Below are positions 1-17,839 of a stretch of DNA of 64,000 nucleotides, in pieces. The stretch is from the human T2T-CHM13v2.0 reference genome, Homo sapiens. The notes beneath the pieces are model-generated. The model searched no databases and was not told the origin of the DNA. It worked only from the letters and a program-made list of their open reading frames with translations. Position 1 is the stretch's first letter; every line of letters begins with the position of its first letter. Position numbers and translations under genes: made by a program. Location of the stretch: NCBI RefSeq assembly GCF_009914755.1, contig NC_060947.1; one strand, given 5' to 3'.

Positions 1-3725
<3,725 letters not shown>

Positions 3726-3889
3726 AATATTATTTGTTGTCATATCACAAATTGTTACAATTTGTCCCCTCTATATCTTGAGGATACATTTTCTTTATTT
3801 TCACATTAAGGAAGACTTTAATGGAATTTTTTTATATAACAGTATTACCCTGAATAATGGGTTTTTCAGGAATTAATCGAAATCATTAA

Positions 3890-4220
<331 letters not shown>

Positions 4221-4384
4221 GTCTTGTATCTCTTTTGATGACCTGACCTTCATTACCCAGAATGTGTCACATTTTGTGCGTACCCTTGACACATAGGTTA
4301 AATTGCATTACAAATAATTCTGTTACAATTGTACATATAAATTCTTCCACCTTGTTTCAGCAAACTTCTGCTGCATAAATCAAC

Positions 4385-4855
4385 TGCATTGGTTTTCTAT
4401 TGTTATATGATGCATTTATACAAAATTAGTTGCTTAAAACAGTCCTCATTTCTTAGCTCACAATTCTGTAACTCAGCAGTTCAGCATAGCTGGTCTGGGT
4501 TCCCTGATCAAGGCATCACAAGACTGAGATCAAGTTATCAGGCTAAATTCTAATCTGGAAAACACTGGGGATAAAAATCAGCTTCTAAGCTCATTTTTGC
4601 TATTGGCAGAATTCAGTTTCTTGCAGTTGTAGGACGGATGTCCCATATCCTTGTTGGTTATCATCTGGGGGCCACTCTCAGTCCCTGGAGACCACCTTTA
4701 TTCCTTGCCATATGACTTCTTTCATCTTCAAACTAGCAACTGTGCATCAAATTATTCTTATGCTTGAATCTCTGACTTTCTTCCTGCTTCTAGCCAGAGA
4801 AAACTTCACTTTTAAAAACTGTATAGAGTTAGGTCAATCTACCCAGAATAATCTT
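4385..4855 (-). mobile_element. MLT1-family MaLR LTR, part 1 (split by L1)
   Basis: tgcattggttttctattg...aaattagttgcttaaaac...gctcacaattctg MLT1 pattern; continues at 10727-10858. Confidence 0.8.
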
Positions 4856-4911
4856 GTTTTATTTCTTTTTAAAATTGTGGTAAAAAATACACAACATAAA
4901 AATTTACTATC

Positions 4912-5236
<325 letters not shown>

Positions 5237-8200
5237 TAAGTGTACAGTATAGTAGTGTTAACCACGTGCACATTGCTGTGCAATAGATCTCTAGAACTTT
5301 AATCTTGCAAAACTGAATTACTGTATCCATTGAGAAACAACTCCCCATTTTCCCCATATCCAACCTTTGGAAACCACTACTCCATTTTCTGTTTCTAAGA
5401 GTTTGATTACTTTAGATACCTCATATAAGTGGAATCATGCAGCATTTGTCTGTTTGTGACTGCCTCACTTCACTTCAAATAATGTCCTCCAGGTTCATCC
5501 ATGATGTAGCATGTTTCTTCTTTTCTAAGCCTGAACAATATTCCATTCTGCATATACTACATTTTGTTTATCCATTCATCTGGCAATGGGCATTTAGGTC
5601 GCTTTCACCTCTTGACTGCTGTGAATAATGCTGCAATGAACATGGGTGCTCAAATCTCTCTCTGAGATCCTGTTTTTAATTCTTTTGGCTATATACCCAG
5701 AAGTGAGGTTGCTGGATCATATGGTAATACTGTTTTAATTTTTTGAGTAATTTCCCTACTGTTTTTCATAGTGGCTGCACCATTTTACATTTCCACCAAC
5801 AACGCAAAAGGGTTTCAATTTCTCCACATCCTCACCAATACTTGTTATTTTCTCCTTTTTTGATGGTAGCCATCCTAAAGGGTCATTTGCATTTCCCTGA
5901 AGATTTGTGATGTTGAACATCGTTTCATATGCTTATTGGTCACTTATATATCTTTTTTGAAGAGATTTGTATTGCAGTCATCTGCTCATTTTTAAATTGG
6001 ATTGTTTGTTCTTTCGTTGTTGCTGTTGAGTTGAAGGTCTTTATGTATTCTGAATATTAACTCCTTAATGGATATATGGTTTGTAAATATTTTCTCTCAT
6101 TCTGTAGGTTTCCTTTTCACTCTTTTAAAGCTTCTTTCATTTGCTGTGCAGTTTTTGTTTGATGTAGTTCCATTTATCTAATGTAACAAAGCTTTTCTCC
6201 TACGTTTTCTTCTAGGAGTTTTATAGTTTTAGATCTTATGCTTAGATCTTTAATCCATTTCAAGTGAATTTTTGTATATGGTGCAAGGCACAGGTCCAGT
6301 TTCATTCTTTTGCATGTGGATATCCAGTTTTCCCAATACCATTTTTTTAAAGAGACTGTCTTTCCCTCATTGTGACAACTTGTCAAAAATCGTTTGACCC
6401 TATATGTGAACATTTATTTCTGGGCTCTCTATTCTGTTCCATTGGTCTGTGTCTGTTTTTGTACTAGTGCCATACTGTTTTGATTACTATTGTCTTGTAA
6501 TATAATTTGAAATCAGAGAGTATGATGCCTCCAGCTTTGTTTTTATTGCTCAAGATTGCTTTGGCTATTTGACATCTTCTGTAGTTCCATATGAATTTTA
6601 GAATTACTTTTCTATTTCTGTGAAAAATATCATTGAATTCTCATAGGGATTGCATTGAATCTCAAAATAGCTTTGGGAATTATGGAATTTTAACAATATT
6701 AATCCTTCCAATACATTAACACAGGATATATCTTTCTACTTACTTGTGTCTTCTTCAATTTTTTTAATCAATATTTTATAGTTTTCATTGTACCAATCTT
6801 TCACATCCTTGGTTAAATTCATTTCTGAGTATTTTATTCTTTTTGATGCTATAGTAATTGGAATTGTTTTCTTAATTTCTTTTTGGGATAGTTATTGTTA
6901 GTATATAGAAATGCAATTGATTTTTGTATAATGATTTTGTATTCTGAAGATTTACTGAATCCATTTATTTATTCTAATGGTTGGTGGAGTCTTTAGGGTT
7001 TTCTCTATATAAGATCATGTCATCTGCAAACTGAAACAATTATACTTATTTCCTTCCAATTTGGATGCTTTTTTTTCTCTTGCCTAATTGTTCTGGCTAG
7101 GACTTTCACTGCTATGTTGAAAAGAAGTGGCAAGAGTGGGCACTCCTGTCTTGTTCCTGATCTTATGGGAAAATCTTACATCTTTTCACTATTGAGTATG
7201 ATGCTGCCTGTGAGCTTGTCATACATGGCTTTTATTGTGTTGAGTTATATTTCTTCTATACCTAATTTGTTGAGAGTTTTTATCAGGAAAGAAGGTTGAA
7301 TTTTGTCAAATACTTTTCTGCATCTAGTGAAACAATCATGTGACTTTTATCCTTTTTCTTAAAATGTGACATATCACATTTATAAATATGCACATGTTGA
7401 ATCGTCCTTGTATCCCAGGGGTAAATCCCGCTTGATCATGGTGTATAATCCTTTTCATGTGCTGTTTAATTCAGTTTGTTAGTATTTTGCGGATGATTAT
7501 TGCTGCCTTGTTCATCAAGGATATAGGTCTGTAATTTTATTTTCTGGTAGTGCCCTTGTCTGGCTTTGGTAACATAATAATATTGGCCTCATAAAATGAG
7601 TATGGAAGTGTCCCCTCCTCTTTTTGTTATTTCAGTCTCCTCTCTTTTACTCTAGTTAAGGGGTTGCCAATTTTGTTGATATTTTCAAAAACAACTCTTG
7701 TTATTTTTTCTATTGTTTTTCTCTTCTCTGTTTCATTTATTTCTACTCTAATGTTTATGATTTCCTTCCTACTGCTTTTTTGGAGTTAGTTAATTTTTCT
7801 TTCTAATTCCTTAAGAAGAAAAGTCAGGTTGCCATTTGAGATCTTTCTTCTTTGTTAATGTAGGCAGTTACTCTATCAACTTCCCTCTTAGTACTGCCTT
7901 TGCTGTGTCCCATAAGTTTTGGTATGCTATATTTTCATTTTCATTTGTATCCTGATATTTTCAAATTTCTTGTGACTTCTACTTTGACCCATTGGTTTTT
8001 TAAGAGTGTTTTCAATTTACACATATTTGTGGATTTTCCAGTTTTGCTTTTTCTGTTGATTTCTAGTTTCATTGTATAGTGGTCAGAAAAGATAGTTGGT
8101 ATTCTTTAAATCTTCATAAATCTGTTAAGACTTGTTTTGTGGTCTAACATGTGATCTACCTGGAGAACACTCCATGTGCACTTGAGAAAAATGTTTATTC

Positions 8201-8635
8201 TGCTATTGTTGGGTAGAGTGTTCTGTGTATGTCTTTTAGGGCCAATTAGTAGTGTTGCTCAGGCTCCCTATTTTCTTATTGATTTTCTGTCTGGTTGATC
8301 TACCCATTACTGAAAATGGACTATTGAGATCCCCTACTATGATTGCATTACTATCTACTATTCCCTTCAATTCTATCAATGTTTGCTTCATATATTTGGG
8401 TGATCAGCTGGTAGGTAAATATATATGTATAATTGTTATGTCTTCCTGATGAACTGACTCTTTTATCGTTATATAATCTCCTTTGCTTCTTATGAAAGAT
8501 CTTTTGTTAAATTCTATTTTGTATGATATAAGTGTGGACACTCCTGCTCTCTTTAATTCACCATTTGCAAGCAATATATTTTTCTATACTTTTATTGTTA
8601 GCCTACATATGTCCTTATATCCAAAGTGAGTCTCT

Positions 8636-8838
8636 CAAAGGGAACAACACACACTGGGGCCTGCTTGAGGGAGGAGGGAGAGAGAAGAGTAAGGATTGAA
8701 AAACTACCTACTGGGTACTATGCTAATTACCTGGGTGGCAAAATAATCTGTACACCAAACCCCTGTGACAATCAATTTACCTATATCACAAACCTGCACA
8801 TATATACTCCTGAACCTAAAACAAAAGTTTTTTTAAAA
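8636..8838 (+). mobile_element. Short L1PA13-16-like 3' end inserted antisense in the old L1
   Basis: gggaacaacacacactggggcc...aaacctgcacat...cctgaacctaaaac; TSD agtctct at 8629-8635 and 8839-8845. Confidence 0.85.
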
Positions 8839-10726
8839 AGTCTCTTGTAAACAGCATATGGTTGGATCTTCTTTCCTATCTGTTTAGCTAGTTTATGCCT
8901 TTTGATTGGAGAGCTTAATCTATTTAAAGTAATTACTGATAGGAAAGCACTTACTATTAAAACGTTGTTAATTGTTTTCTGTGTATCTTGTAGTTATTTT
9001 GTCTTTCTTTGCCTCTCTTGCTGCCTTTCTTCATATTGCTTTGATTTTCTTGCAGTGACATGGTTTTATTATTTTATCATTTTCTTTTGTTCATCTTCTA
9101 TTGGTATTTTTGTGGTTACCATGGGGACTACCTAAAGCATTATATATTTATATCAATCTATTGTAAACTGATAACAACTTAACTTTAGTCACATGCAATA
9201 CCTCTACTTCTTTACACCTCCCTCCCCCTACTTTATGCTCATCCATGTCATAAATTCTATATTTTTATATTTTGTAGCCATTAACATAGCTTATAACCAT
9301 AGTTATTTTCTTATTCTTTTATATTTTAAATTCTATACCTGAATTAAGTGATCTATGCACCACAACTACAGCATTACAGGATTCTGTATTTGTCTATATA
9401 TTAATATTCACCTTTACTAAAAAGTTGTATATTTTTATTTTCTTTGCTTTTATATTGTTGTCTAGTGTGCTTTTGCTTCAATTTGAAGTACTCCCTTTTG
9501 CAGTTCTGGTAATTCAGGTCTAGTGGTGATGAACTCCCTCAGCTTTTGTTTTCTGGGAATGTCTTTGTTTCCCCTTTATTTTTGAAGGACAGTTTTGTTG
9601 GATATGACATTCTTGGTTGGCAGTTTTTTCTTTTAGCACTTTGAATATATTATACCACTTCCTTTTGGTCTATAATATTTCTTCTGAGGAACCCACTGAT
9701 AATCCTATGGGTGCTCCCTTGTACATAAGGAGTTACCTTTCTCTTGCTGCTTTCAAGAGTCTTTCCTTGTCTTTGACTTTTGACAATTTGATTATTATGT
9801 GTCTTGGTATGGGTCTCTGGGTTCATCCTATTGGAATCCTTTGAACTTATTGAATTATTGAATTTGTACATCAATTTCTTTCCTCAGATTTGGGAAGGTT
9901 TTGGCTATCACTTCTTCAAATAAGTTCTCTGCCCCTTTCTTTCTTCTTCTGGGACTCCCAAAATGTGTATATTGGACTAGCTGATGGTGTCTCATAAGTC
10001 CCTTAGGCTTTCTTTTCCTTTTTTCATTCTTCTTTCTTTCTGTTCCTCTGCTGTGATCATTTCAAATGACCTGGCTTCTAGTTTGCTAAGTCTCTGGGAC
10101 CCAAGTCAGGGAAAACAGAATCCAGTCACTTGGGCAGCCCCCAGAAAATCCAGAATATTGGATATATGTTTCACTCCTCCGTTTTCCTCCTGAGGTTGAA
10201 GCCGTAAACAAGGCATTTTCCCCAGATCACCTAAAGCTATATCAGCTACTGTCTGTGGTGTTAAAATTTTTTTGGTGCTGTAACAAACCACTGCGTTTTC
10301 TTTTGTTCTCAGCAGCCCCCAGGCATCCAAAACATTCCAGTTCTCTGTAAGCACTCTGAGTCAGAAACCATTCCCTTGGGCAACCTCCCAAAGGCAAGAA
10401 CACTGGACATATGTTCCACTCTTCTCTCTCCTTTCCAAAAGAGAAGCCATGAATTGGACTTTTTTAGGCAGTGGGGTTGACCTGTGCAGGCTTAGGGGAA
10501 GGGCTTACACAACTGAAATAAAACAGCTTTTCTTACCATTTCAATATGGCTGATCTTGGCTTTCAGCTTGACAGGGGTACTGTGTCTTCATAACTGTTTC
10601 TATAATTCTCATAAAAGCTTTTGGACCATATATACCATATATTGTTGTTAAATCAGTGTGTCTGTGGGGCAACAAAGTCTAGGCTTCCTATTCCACCATC
10701 TTGCTGACATCACTCCAAGAGTAGTC

Positions 10727-10858
10727 TAATCTTCCTTTCAAAAAGCTAACGGTGCCCTATAAGATAACCTAATCACAGCAGTGATATCTTACCATATTAC
10801 AATCCAGAGGGATTAGGGAAGGACGACTTATGGTCCATCTTAGAATTCTGCCTGCCAT
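10727..10858 (-). mobile_element. MLT1 LTR part 2 (continuation of 4385-4855)
   Basis: Ends ccatcttagaattctgcctgcca, an MLT1 terminus; taatctt occurs on both L1 flanks. Confidence 0.7.
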
Positions 10859-11290
10859 GTTACTCTAAAACTTAGTATCTTAAGAGAATCAACCATTTTA
10901 TTTGCTCATTATTTTGTGTGTCAGTTGGTCAGTCCTCTGATCTGAACTGGATTGGCTGGAGCTGATGGTCTAGGAGGGCCTCATTGATATGTCTATAGCC
11001 TCAGCTGAAATGTCTGGAATGGATAAATGACTAGGGAACATTGTATTTCATTCTCCAAGATGCTAGCTCAGGCTAGTTCATATGTTGGCAAAAGAGTTCA
11101 AAGCAGCAAGAGAATGAAGCCTCCATGCACAGCACTTTTTAACTTTCTACTGGAGTCACGCTTACTAATGTCCCATCAGCCAAAGCATGTCACATGGCCA
11201 AGTTCAAATTCAAGGGGTGGAGGAATAGACTCCGTCTTTTGATGGGTGGAGCTGTAAAGATTTTATGGCCATTTTCTGTGACCTACCACA
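10859..11290 (-). mobile_element. Second, outer MLT1 (H/I-like) LTR; its first ~30 bp appear at 4352-4384
   Basis: aaaacttagtatcttaa...ccaaagcatgtcacatggccaag...ggccattttctgtgacctaccaca. Confidence 0.75.
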
Positions 11291-11748
11291 GACACTTAAC
11301 TAATGCATATTTATTATCAGCAATATTTTATGCCATGAAATCCTGACACAATCAAATTATTGGGTACTCCCTTGAACTTCATTTTAACAGGATTTGACTG
11401 GTATTAATTACTCCCACATAAATTATACAGCAGAAGAGTTATTGACTTGAAATCCAGGCTATTCACCTTGCTTTTTAGCTTCTTTTTGGCTAGGGAAGAC
11501 TTGGGTCACAACTCATTGAAAATTGCAAATAGCTTTTACATGTGTATGGGTTTTTCATTTGATTTTATCACACTGGTATTTCTTGCCATCTTCTTGACAT
11601 TAAGATGAACACTTGAAACCACAACAAACAAAATAAGATAATAAGAAACTCTGTTTACAAGAGACAAAAAATAGTTTACTTCATTACACTGGTGGTGAAA
11701 AACAACTTCAAAGAAGGAACTACTAAAAAAGATGATGTAAAGTCAGTT

Positions 11749-11912
11749 ATGAAAAGAAAATTACAGAAAGCAGCCAAAATTTTTGGAACAGAATATCGAT
11801 CCACTCTCAGATGATAAGAATGGGCTTATGGGAAGGTCGATTGATTCCAAAACCTATCCTAGAGGCACCAAGAACCTATAAACAATACCAACTGACTCAC
11901 TTAGATACTGAA
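11749..11912 (+). pseudogene. GREB1-like pseudogene, first coding exon remnant
   Basis: 11777-11867 KFLEQNIDPLSDDKNGLMGRSIDSKTY/(+1)LEA vs GREB1 [28 protein letters not shown]; donor aa|gtatgt at 11913; ATG 11749 is tentative. Confidence 0.6.
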
Positions 11913-12014
11913 GTATGTGAATAATTTAGGTCCTTCTGTTCAGGATGCAATTATTCAGTTAACAAAGCATCATGAGACTGTAAATGCAATAGGATATAAT
12001 TTGTGTAGATATAT

Positions 12015-12265
12015 AATAATAGTAATGGCCAATATGTGTTAAATAATTACTATTTGCTAGGCACTGATCCAAGTGCTTTGCCAAAACGAACTCATTTAAT
12101 CTCAATAAGACCTATATGAGGTAAAGTACTCCTATTATCAGACAAAAAACTGAGACACAGAGAAGTTAACTAATTTGCCCAAAATCACAGCTAAAAAATA
12201 GCAGAGTAGGCAGTTGAACCCGGGAAGTCTTGGTTGACAGCCTGTTCTTGCAACCACTATGCTAT
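12015..12265 (-). mobile_element. MIR SINE
   Basis: aaactgagacacagagaagttaactaatttgcccaaaatcacagct MIR core, reverse orientation. Confidence 0.85.
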
Positions 12266-12276
12266 TAGATGTGGGC

Positions 12277-12304
12277 GTGTGTGTGTGTGTGTGTGTGTGT
12301 GTGT
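12277..12304. repeat. (GT)n microsatellite
   Basis: direct observation. Confidence 0.95.
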
Positions 12305-12519
12305 ATCTCAAAAGGCACACAAAAAAAGTCAGGAGTCATTATTTCAAGATGGTGGGATTACATGTGATTTTATCTTTGTTTCTTTATTTAGCTGCATTTT
12401 CTATTTTTCCATAATGTGTAGTGCTACTTATATAATCCTATTAAAGACTTTTAAAGATCATGCAATCACCTGCCTTTTCCCATACTCTGCTTCACCTCAA
12501 AGAAAATGTTCTTCAAGAT

Positions 12520-12900
12520 CTCAGGCAGTGAAGTGATCTCATCAATAACTCACGCTTTTTCCTCCATTCTGCTCTGCCAAGCTCTGCCTGTTGGATTTTG
12601 CCCCCGTGCTTATAAACTCAGTTGAAAGATGCTTGCTGTAACTCCAAGCATCACAACTTCATTCAAGGACAGAAAGAAGTGTTGTTGATCAAACAGACAA
12701 AAAGGCTTTTACATTCAGTGACTCCTTTTATCAGAGCAGTCCTCTGAAGGACTTCCCTTTCATATTATTGATCCAAACTGGGTCCATGTACATTTCTAGC
12801 TGGAGAATTGAATATCTGGTTTCCAGTTTCTATAGTGGAGGGAAGTAAGGGAGAAGGCACTTGGGCATGACTGTTGGGTCAGCCCCAGGGGATCTGCCAC
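12520..12900 (-). mobile_element. Old MLT1 (J/K-like) LTR fragment
   Basis: aagatgcttgctgtaactccaagcatcaca...gttgggtcagccccaggggatctgccaca. Confidence 0.6.
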
Positions 12901-12995
12901 ATCCCAAGACTAGTGGGATATATATTCTTCTTCCTGAAGGGACTCAACAGACAGCTCATAAGGAGATGACAGCCAATACCCTGGTCAGTTATTCA

Positions 12996-13130
12996 AGAGA
13001 TCTAGGTTCTAGTTCTACCCATCACACGAATTTACTGTGAGACTGAAGAAATCACTTACTTCCCTTCTCTGGGTCTCAGTTTACTTGACTGCAAAATGAG
13101 AGTATTGTAGTAGTGATCACTAAGGTCCAC
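12996..13130 (+). mobile_element. MIR3/MIRc fragment
   Basis: ctctgggtctcagtttacttgactgcaaaatgag core. Confidence 0.7.
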
Positions 13131-13498
13131 CTAATAATACTGGCAGTCAAAAGATCCTGCCAATATTTATATTGTGGAGCAAGTCTGCAATAAAACACAT
13201 TCACAGAAGAGCCCCTTATCACCTGCATGGAAGGGAGAGGAAACAAGATATATACATATTCAAAAAATAACTGGCCCTATAAACACAAACCTCTGTCCTG
13301 AAGCAACAGAGTCATGTAGACTATTTGAGTCACAAATGAATCATAAGTTTTACAAAAACAATATCAATGCTGAGCTTGTGAATTGATGGAGATGACAAAC
13401 CTGCTCAACAACAACAGTCATTCCTTTTAGAAGCCACCATTCCCTTTGGAAGCACCATTTCTAACATAGTGTTTCTCTCTAATTGAGTATCATTTGCA

Positions 13499-13526
13499 TC
13501 TCTCTCTCTCTCTCTGTCTCTCTCTC

Positions 13527-13588
<62 letters not shown>
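13499..13588. repeat. Compound (TC)n(TG)n microsatellite
   Basis: direct observation. Confidence 0.95.
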
Positions 13589-13589
<1 letters not shown>

Positions 13590-14645
13590 TGTTTTCATGG
13601 GTGGTCATTTGTCTTTTGTAGTGGATCCTGGGACTGGGTTGCTTGAGTTTTATTCCACTCTCTTTCTCAGCTTCTCAGCTACCTTTCTATATTGCACAGG
13701 CTAGAAAGCTAAAACTACATTTTCCTAGATTCCTTGGTTATATAGTTTGGGTATTTGTCCCCTCCAAATCTCATGTTGAAATTTTATCCTTAGTGTTAGA
13801 GGTGGAGCCTAATAGGAGGTGTTTATATCATGAGGGTGGATCCCTCTTGAATGGCTTGGTACCATCCTCACAGCAATGAGTGAGTTCTCACTTTATTAGT
13901 TCCCATGATAAATGACTGTTTAAAAAGAGTCTGGCACCTCCATCCTCTCTCTCATTTTCTGTTCTTGCCTTGTGGTAGGCTCACTTTAGCCTTCTGCCAT
14001 GAGTAGAAGCTTCTTGAGGCTCTCATCAGATGCAAATGCTGGTGTCGTGTTTCTTGCACAGCCTGTTGAACCATGAGCCAAAGAAACCTCTTTTCTTTAT
14101 AAATTATCCAGCCTCAAGCATTCCTTTATAACAACGCAAATGGACCACTGCACTTGGCAGTTTGAATTCTTCATGTGAATTTTAGGCTCTGCTGACTAGA
14201 TGTACTCAACTCATGTGAGTTTTGGAAAGTAGAAGTGAGACAGAGGTCATAGTTCTGCCTTTTGGCTTTTTTTTTTTTTTTGCATAAAGGACATTTGTAA
14301 AAATGTGAGGTTCCCATGTCCGTTCTCCATGCTTCTTCTCCAGAGGCACTGGTGGCAATGGGTTTAAGGTTAATGGCCCCTGTTTTATTCTGGTTTCCTG
14401 ATTCCTGGATCACAGTACAATGCTATGTCCTGGAACTCAATATCCTGGTCATGGGCTCAGAGGTAGTGCTACTCTGGTGGGTCAGTACTCTATTGTTCCA
14501 TGAATTATTCATAGAAATAGAGCTTAGAAATCACTCTTTCATGCCTTCTAATGATATCATAAGCCCCCAGTTTTCTGTATTAAATTCCTTTTTTTGCATA
14601 ATATGGGGGTTTCTGTGTCCTGCAATGAATCTTTTTCTAAAATAC
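13590..14645 (+). mobile_element. LTR33-like ERVL LTR interrupted by an MST LTR
   Basis: ggctagaaagctaaaactacattttcctagattcc; 3' end attaaattcc...gtttctgtgtcctgcaatgaa. Confidence 0.7.
13738..14152 (+). mobile_element. MSTB-like MaLR solo LTR
   Basis: tatagtttgggtatttgtcccctccaaatctcatgttgaa...; 5-bp TSD cttgg at 13733-13737 and 14153-14157. Confidence 0.9.
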
Positions 14646-14743
14646 CTATCAATAAAGCATACATGCTAATACGAAAATAAACAAAGATATCTTTGGATGT
14701 CAACACTACCCAGGCATTTCTTTAGTCTATTTTATAATATCAG

Positions 14744-15041
14744 AGCTCTGTTGCTACCTGCCTTCACCTCGTCATTTTGGCTACATCTTTGGTCAAGCAG
14801 AGCTGGAGGCATACTGGAAAGACCACACAGAGAGGCCAACAGAAATCACCCATGTGTAAAATTCCTTCTGAGCCTCCAGACCTTTTGAAATCAAGGTCTT
14901 CATGACAAAGGGGTTTATGGATTAGAATTTGTTGCCACATTAGAAAATTAGCACCCTCATATTCTTGCATTGTTAATTTCTTTTCCGTAGCTTTTACTGA
15001 CTGCTGGTTAACCAAAGTCTCTCTAGATCTTAATTCAAGAG
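14744..15041 (+). pseudogene. GREB1-like pseudogene exon remnant
   Basis: cag acceptor at 14743, donor gag|gtaggg; YLPSPRHFGYIFGQA (14755-14799) vs GREB1 PLPEGCCTTDGFCQA; GLEFVATLEN*HPHIL vs GFLLVGVKSPSLPDHLL. Confidence 0.55.
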
Positions 15042-15629
15042 GTAGGGTAGATATGGGCCAGTGCTTTAGTTTAGAGATGCTAAGTGACTTCAGAATTCTA
15101 GTGTGAAAATCCAAGTATTCACATTCGACTTCCACCTGTTAATTTTTTTCTTTCTGGTTCCAGATTTTAGTAAATAAGTAAAACTTAGCATATGTGTCTA
15201 AGGGGGAGATCTCATCAAGACAAGTGGTATATTTCTGTATGTCACAGAAACACACGTAGCTAAAAAACCCACAAGAGGTGTAGGTGGGCCAGGAAGCCTT
15301 GCAATGAGTAACAGAGGTCCTTGCTATGGGCATACTAGGGGAAAGGTACTTCAGGAGGAAGTCTTTCTGATAGTTGAAATTTAAATGCCATTGAGTGAGT
15401 TTCTCAATCACATGTCTTCCTTCAAACATATTTCACTTTGCAATAAATAGTTTCATAGAGAGGATTTAGTAATTAATAAAAGGACTAAAATACCTTGCTA
15501 AATGAGAGCTGTAAACACTCACTAAAGTTGCTCTTGTCTATGTTATTTTTTCAAAATTTGTAAAGAAAGGAAATACTATTGACTATATTTGGGGTTCTAG
15601 AAATAGTTTTCAATTATTTTATTTTAAAG

Positions 15630-16810
15630 AGGAGTTTGATAGTATGAGGAAAGGGACATACAGTACTTGCATACTGTTGGTGAAGGTGTAAACGCAAAAT
15701 TTCTGGAGGGCAATCTGACAATATGTATAAAAAATTTTAAATGGGCATTTCTTGATCCAACTGGTAGACATTTGTTTTAAGGAAAGATTCAGACAGTTTC
15801 AAGAAGACAGACATATGTCCAAGGTTTTTCACCAAAGGAGTCTTTATGAAATATAAGAAGTGGAAACAGTCAAAAGGTTTGTTGGCAGAAGATCAGTTTA
15901 GTAAAATATGATGGAGCTTTCCAAAGGAATATTATTCTGAGTCAGGGGAATTTATGTTTTTCACATAGGAAAATATTCACAATAAATGGGATATTGATAA
16001 AAGCTAGTTAGAGAGTGTTTTGCTTTATTTTGTGTATTTTGAATGATTTGCATATTCTCTTATCACTCAAACTTGACTCATGACAGATGCTTAATAATAT
16101 TTAGTGAAGTAATTCATGTAAATCTATGTCTCTGTATTTACATATGCATTATACATTCTGGAACGATACGTGCCTACCTGTTAACAGTAGTTATTTTCAT
16201 CATCATTGGGTGGGGGTGAAGCCTGAGGACATACTGAAGATTATTAAAGATCAGTTTTACTTTATACTTTTTCTCTTCTGCATTATTTAAATTTTAAAAT
16301 AAACATTTTATTTTATAACTTTTAAATTGTATTTCTATTTTGAAACAATACAGAGTTTCCAAATTTTGTTAACAGGCAAAGCACCTAGAATACACTAGAA
16401 TTCCTACAAATCAAATGGTAAAAGGACGACAACACAACGGAAGAATGGGCAAATGGTATGAACAGGCTAGCCACAGGATAGAAAAAATGAAAGGGCAAAA
16501 AATATATGCTAAGATGACAAAGTAAAATAATGTAGCACCTCTTCTTAGCCACCAGATTGACGATATCACAGGCTTTCAATAACAGAGGGAAACGGAGATT
16601 CACAGTCAAGGCTGGTAAGACTGTGAATGAGTGCAAGCACTTTGGGGAACACCTGGTAAAATGGAAACTGTGCATGCTCTATGACCCAGCAATTGCTCTA
16701 AGTTTATACCTTAGAGACAATATAATTTTTCTGCAGAAAATCATACACATGTGTGAAATGAGGCTATTTTAATTTGTTGTACTCTAAGAGTGTTGGCAGT
16801 ATGTATGAAA
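15630..16810 (+). mobile_element. Fragments of old L1ME
   Basis: catactgttggtgaaggtgtaaa..., gaagaatgggcaaatggtatgaacagg..., tatgacccagcaattg L1 ORF2-end/3' UTR motifs. Confidence 0.65.
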
Positions 16811-16827
16811 AAAAAAAAGTAGTCTCC

Positions 16828-17175
16828 CTGGAAGCCAGTGAGGGAGGAGGGAAGCAGGATAGACAAAGGGGAGAAGCCAAGCAAGGGTTGATTTCAGGCC
16901 ACGTCCTCACAGCCTCAGCTGATGCAGAAGTGGAGCTCTGGGTTTTTCTTCTTTTGTACCAGTCAGTCATTGATAAGGGCCCCCTTGGAAGACATAAATT
17001 CCCAGGCACTTCTGACTCCCCGTGGCAGCAAGCAAAGAAGCTCCAGGAACCCCTGGGCAATCTCCAGAGTCTTTACTGTGTGTCATCAGAAACAAGAGCC
17101 CATATAAGCCAGGAAGGGGCTAGTAAAAAAGATCATAGGTCTAGAGGGAGTACCGAGAGCACACAAGATGGGTAC
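16828..17175 (-). mobile_element. LTR16-family ERVL LTR fragment
   Basis: ggaagcaggatagacaaaggggagaagccaagcaaggg...gacataaattcccaggcacttctg. Confidence 0.6.
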
Positions 17176-17484
17176 AAAAAATACACTGGAATGATATTTA
17201 ACAAATTTGTGATTTTCATTGAGAGGTAGGAGAGGGAACAGGCTTTTATCTTTCTATAATATTTTATTTATTTATTTATTTTGAAAAGGTGATGCCCAAA
17301 TCATAAATACAAAAAATAGCCAATTCCGAGTGGTGAATATATGGATGAAACCAGGATCCTTGTGTGCACCTCACTGGGCATCAAACAAACCCAAGCATAG
17401 CTGGTGAAGAGGTGAGGAGGAATTCCAAAACTTGGTTTGCAATAGAAACTGGGGAACTTTCCTGTGCATCGATTCCACCTAGGC

Positions 17485-17552
17485 TTTGAGTGTCCAGTAC
17501 TAGCACAGAACCTGGCACATAGCAGGTATTCAATAAAGAGCTAATGAAGAAT
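17485..17552 (+). mobile_element. L2 3' terminus
   Basis: agcacagaacctggcacatagcaggtattcaataaa. Confidence 0.65.
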
Positions 17553-17839
17553 GCAGCTTTAGGATCCCTTCAAAGGCAACTACACAAACTATAAAGAGGC
17601 CTCCTCCTGCCCACGTAGGCTTTGCTACAGACCCTGTCTTAGCTTTAGCACTTTGAGGATAGTATGTATTGGTGTCAACACCTGGCAAAGATTTCACAGT
17701 TTGAGAGGAGCAGACATGTTCATACACATCTGGGGAACACTCTGTGCACTCCCAGAAATACCTGGAGGAGGGGGCCAGGTTAAGATGGTACTTTGTAAGT
17801 GGCTGAGATACCTCACAAGCAGGAGTACATTAAAAATGA

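Noticed and set aside
16774-17229. 151-aa ORF, and the 161-aa minus-strand ORF at 49487-49972
   Set aside because: They run across LTR16/L1 and L2 remnants, with no recognisable domain or splice context.
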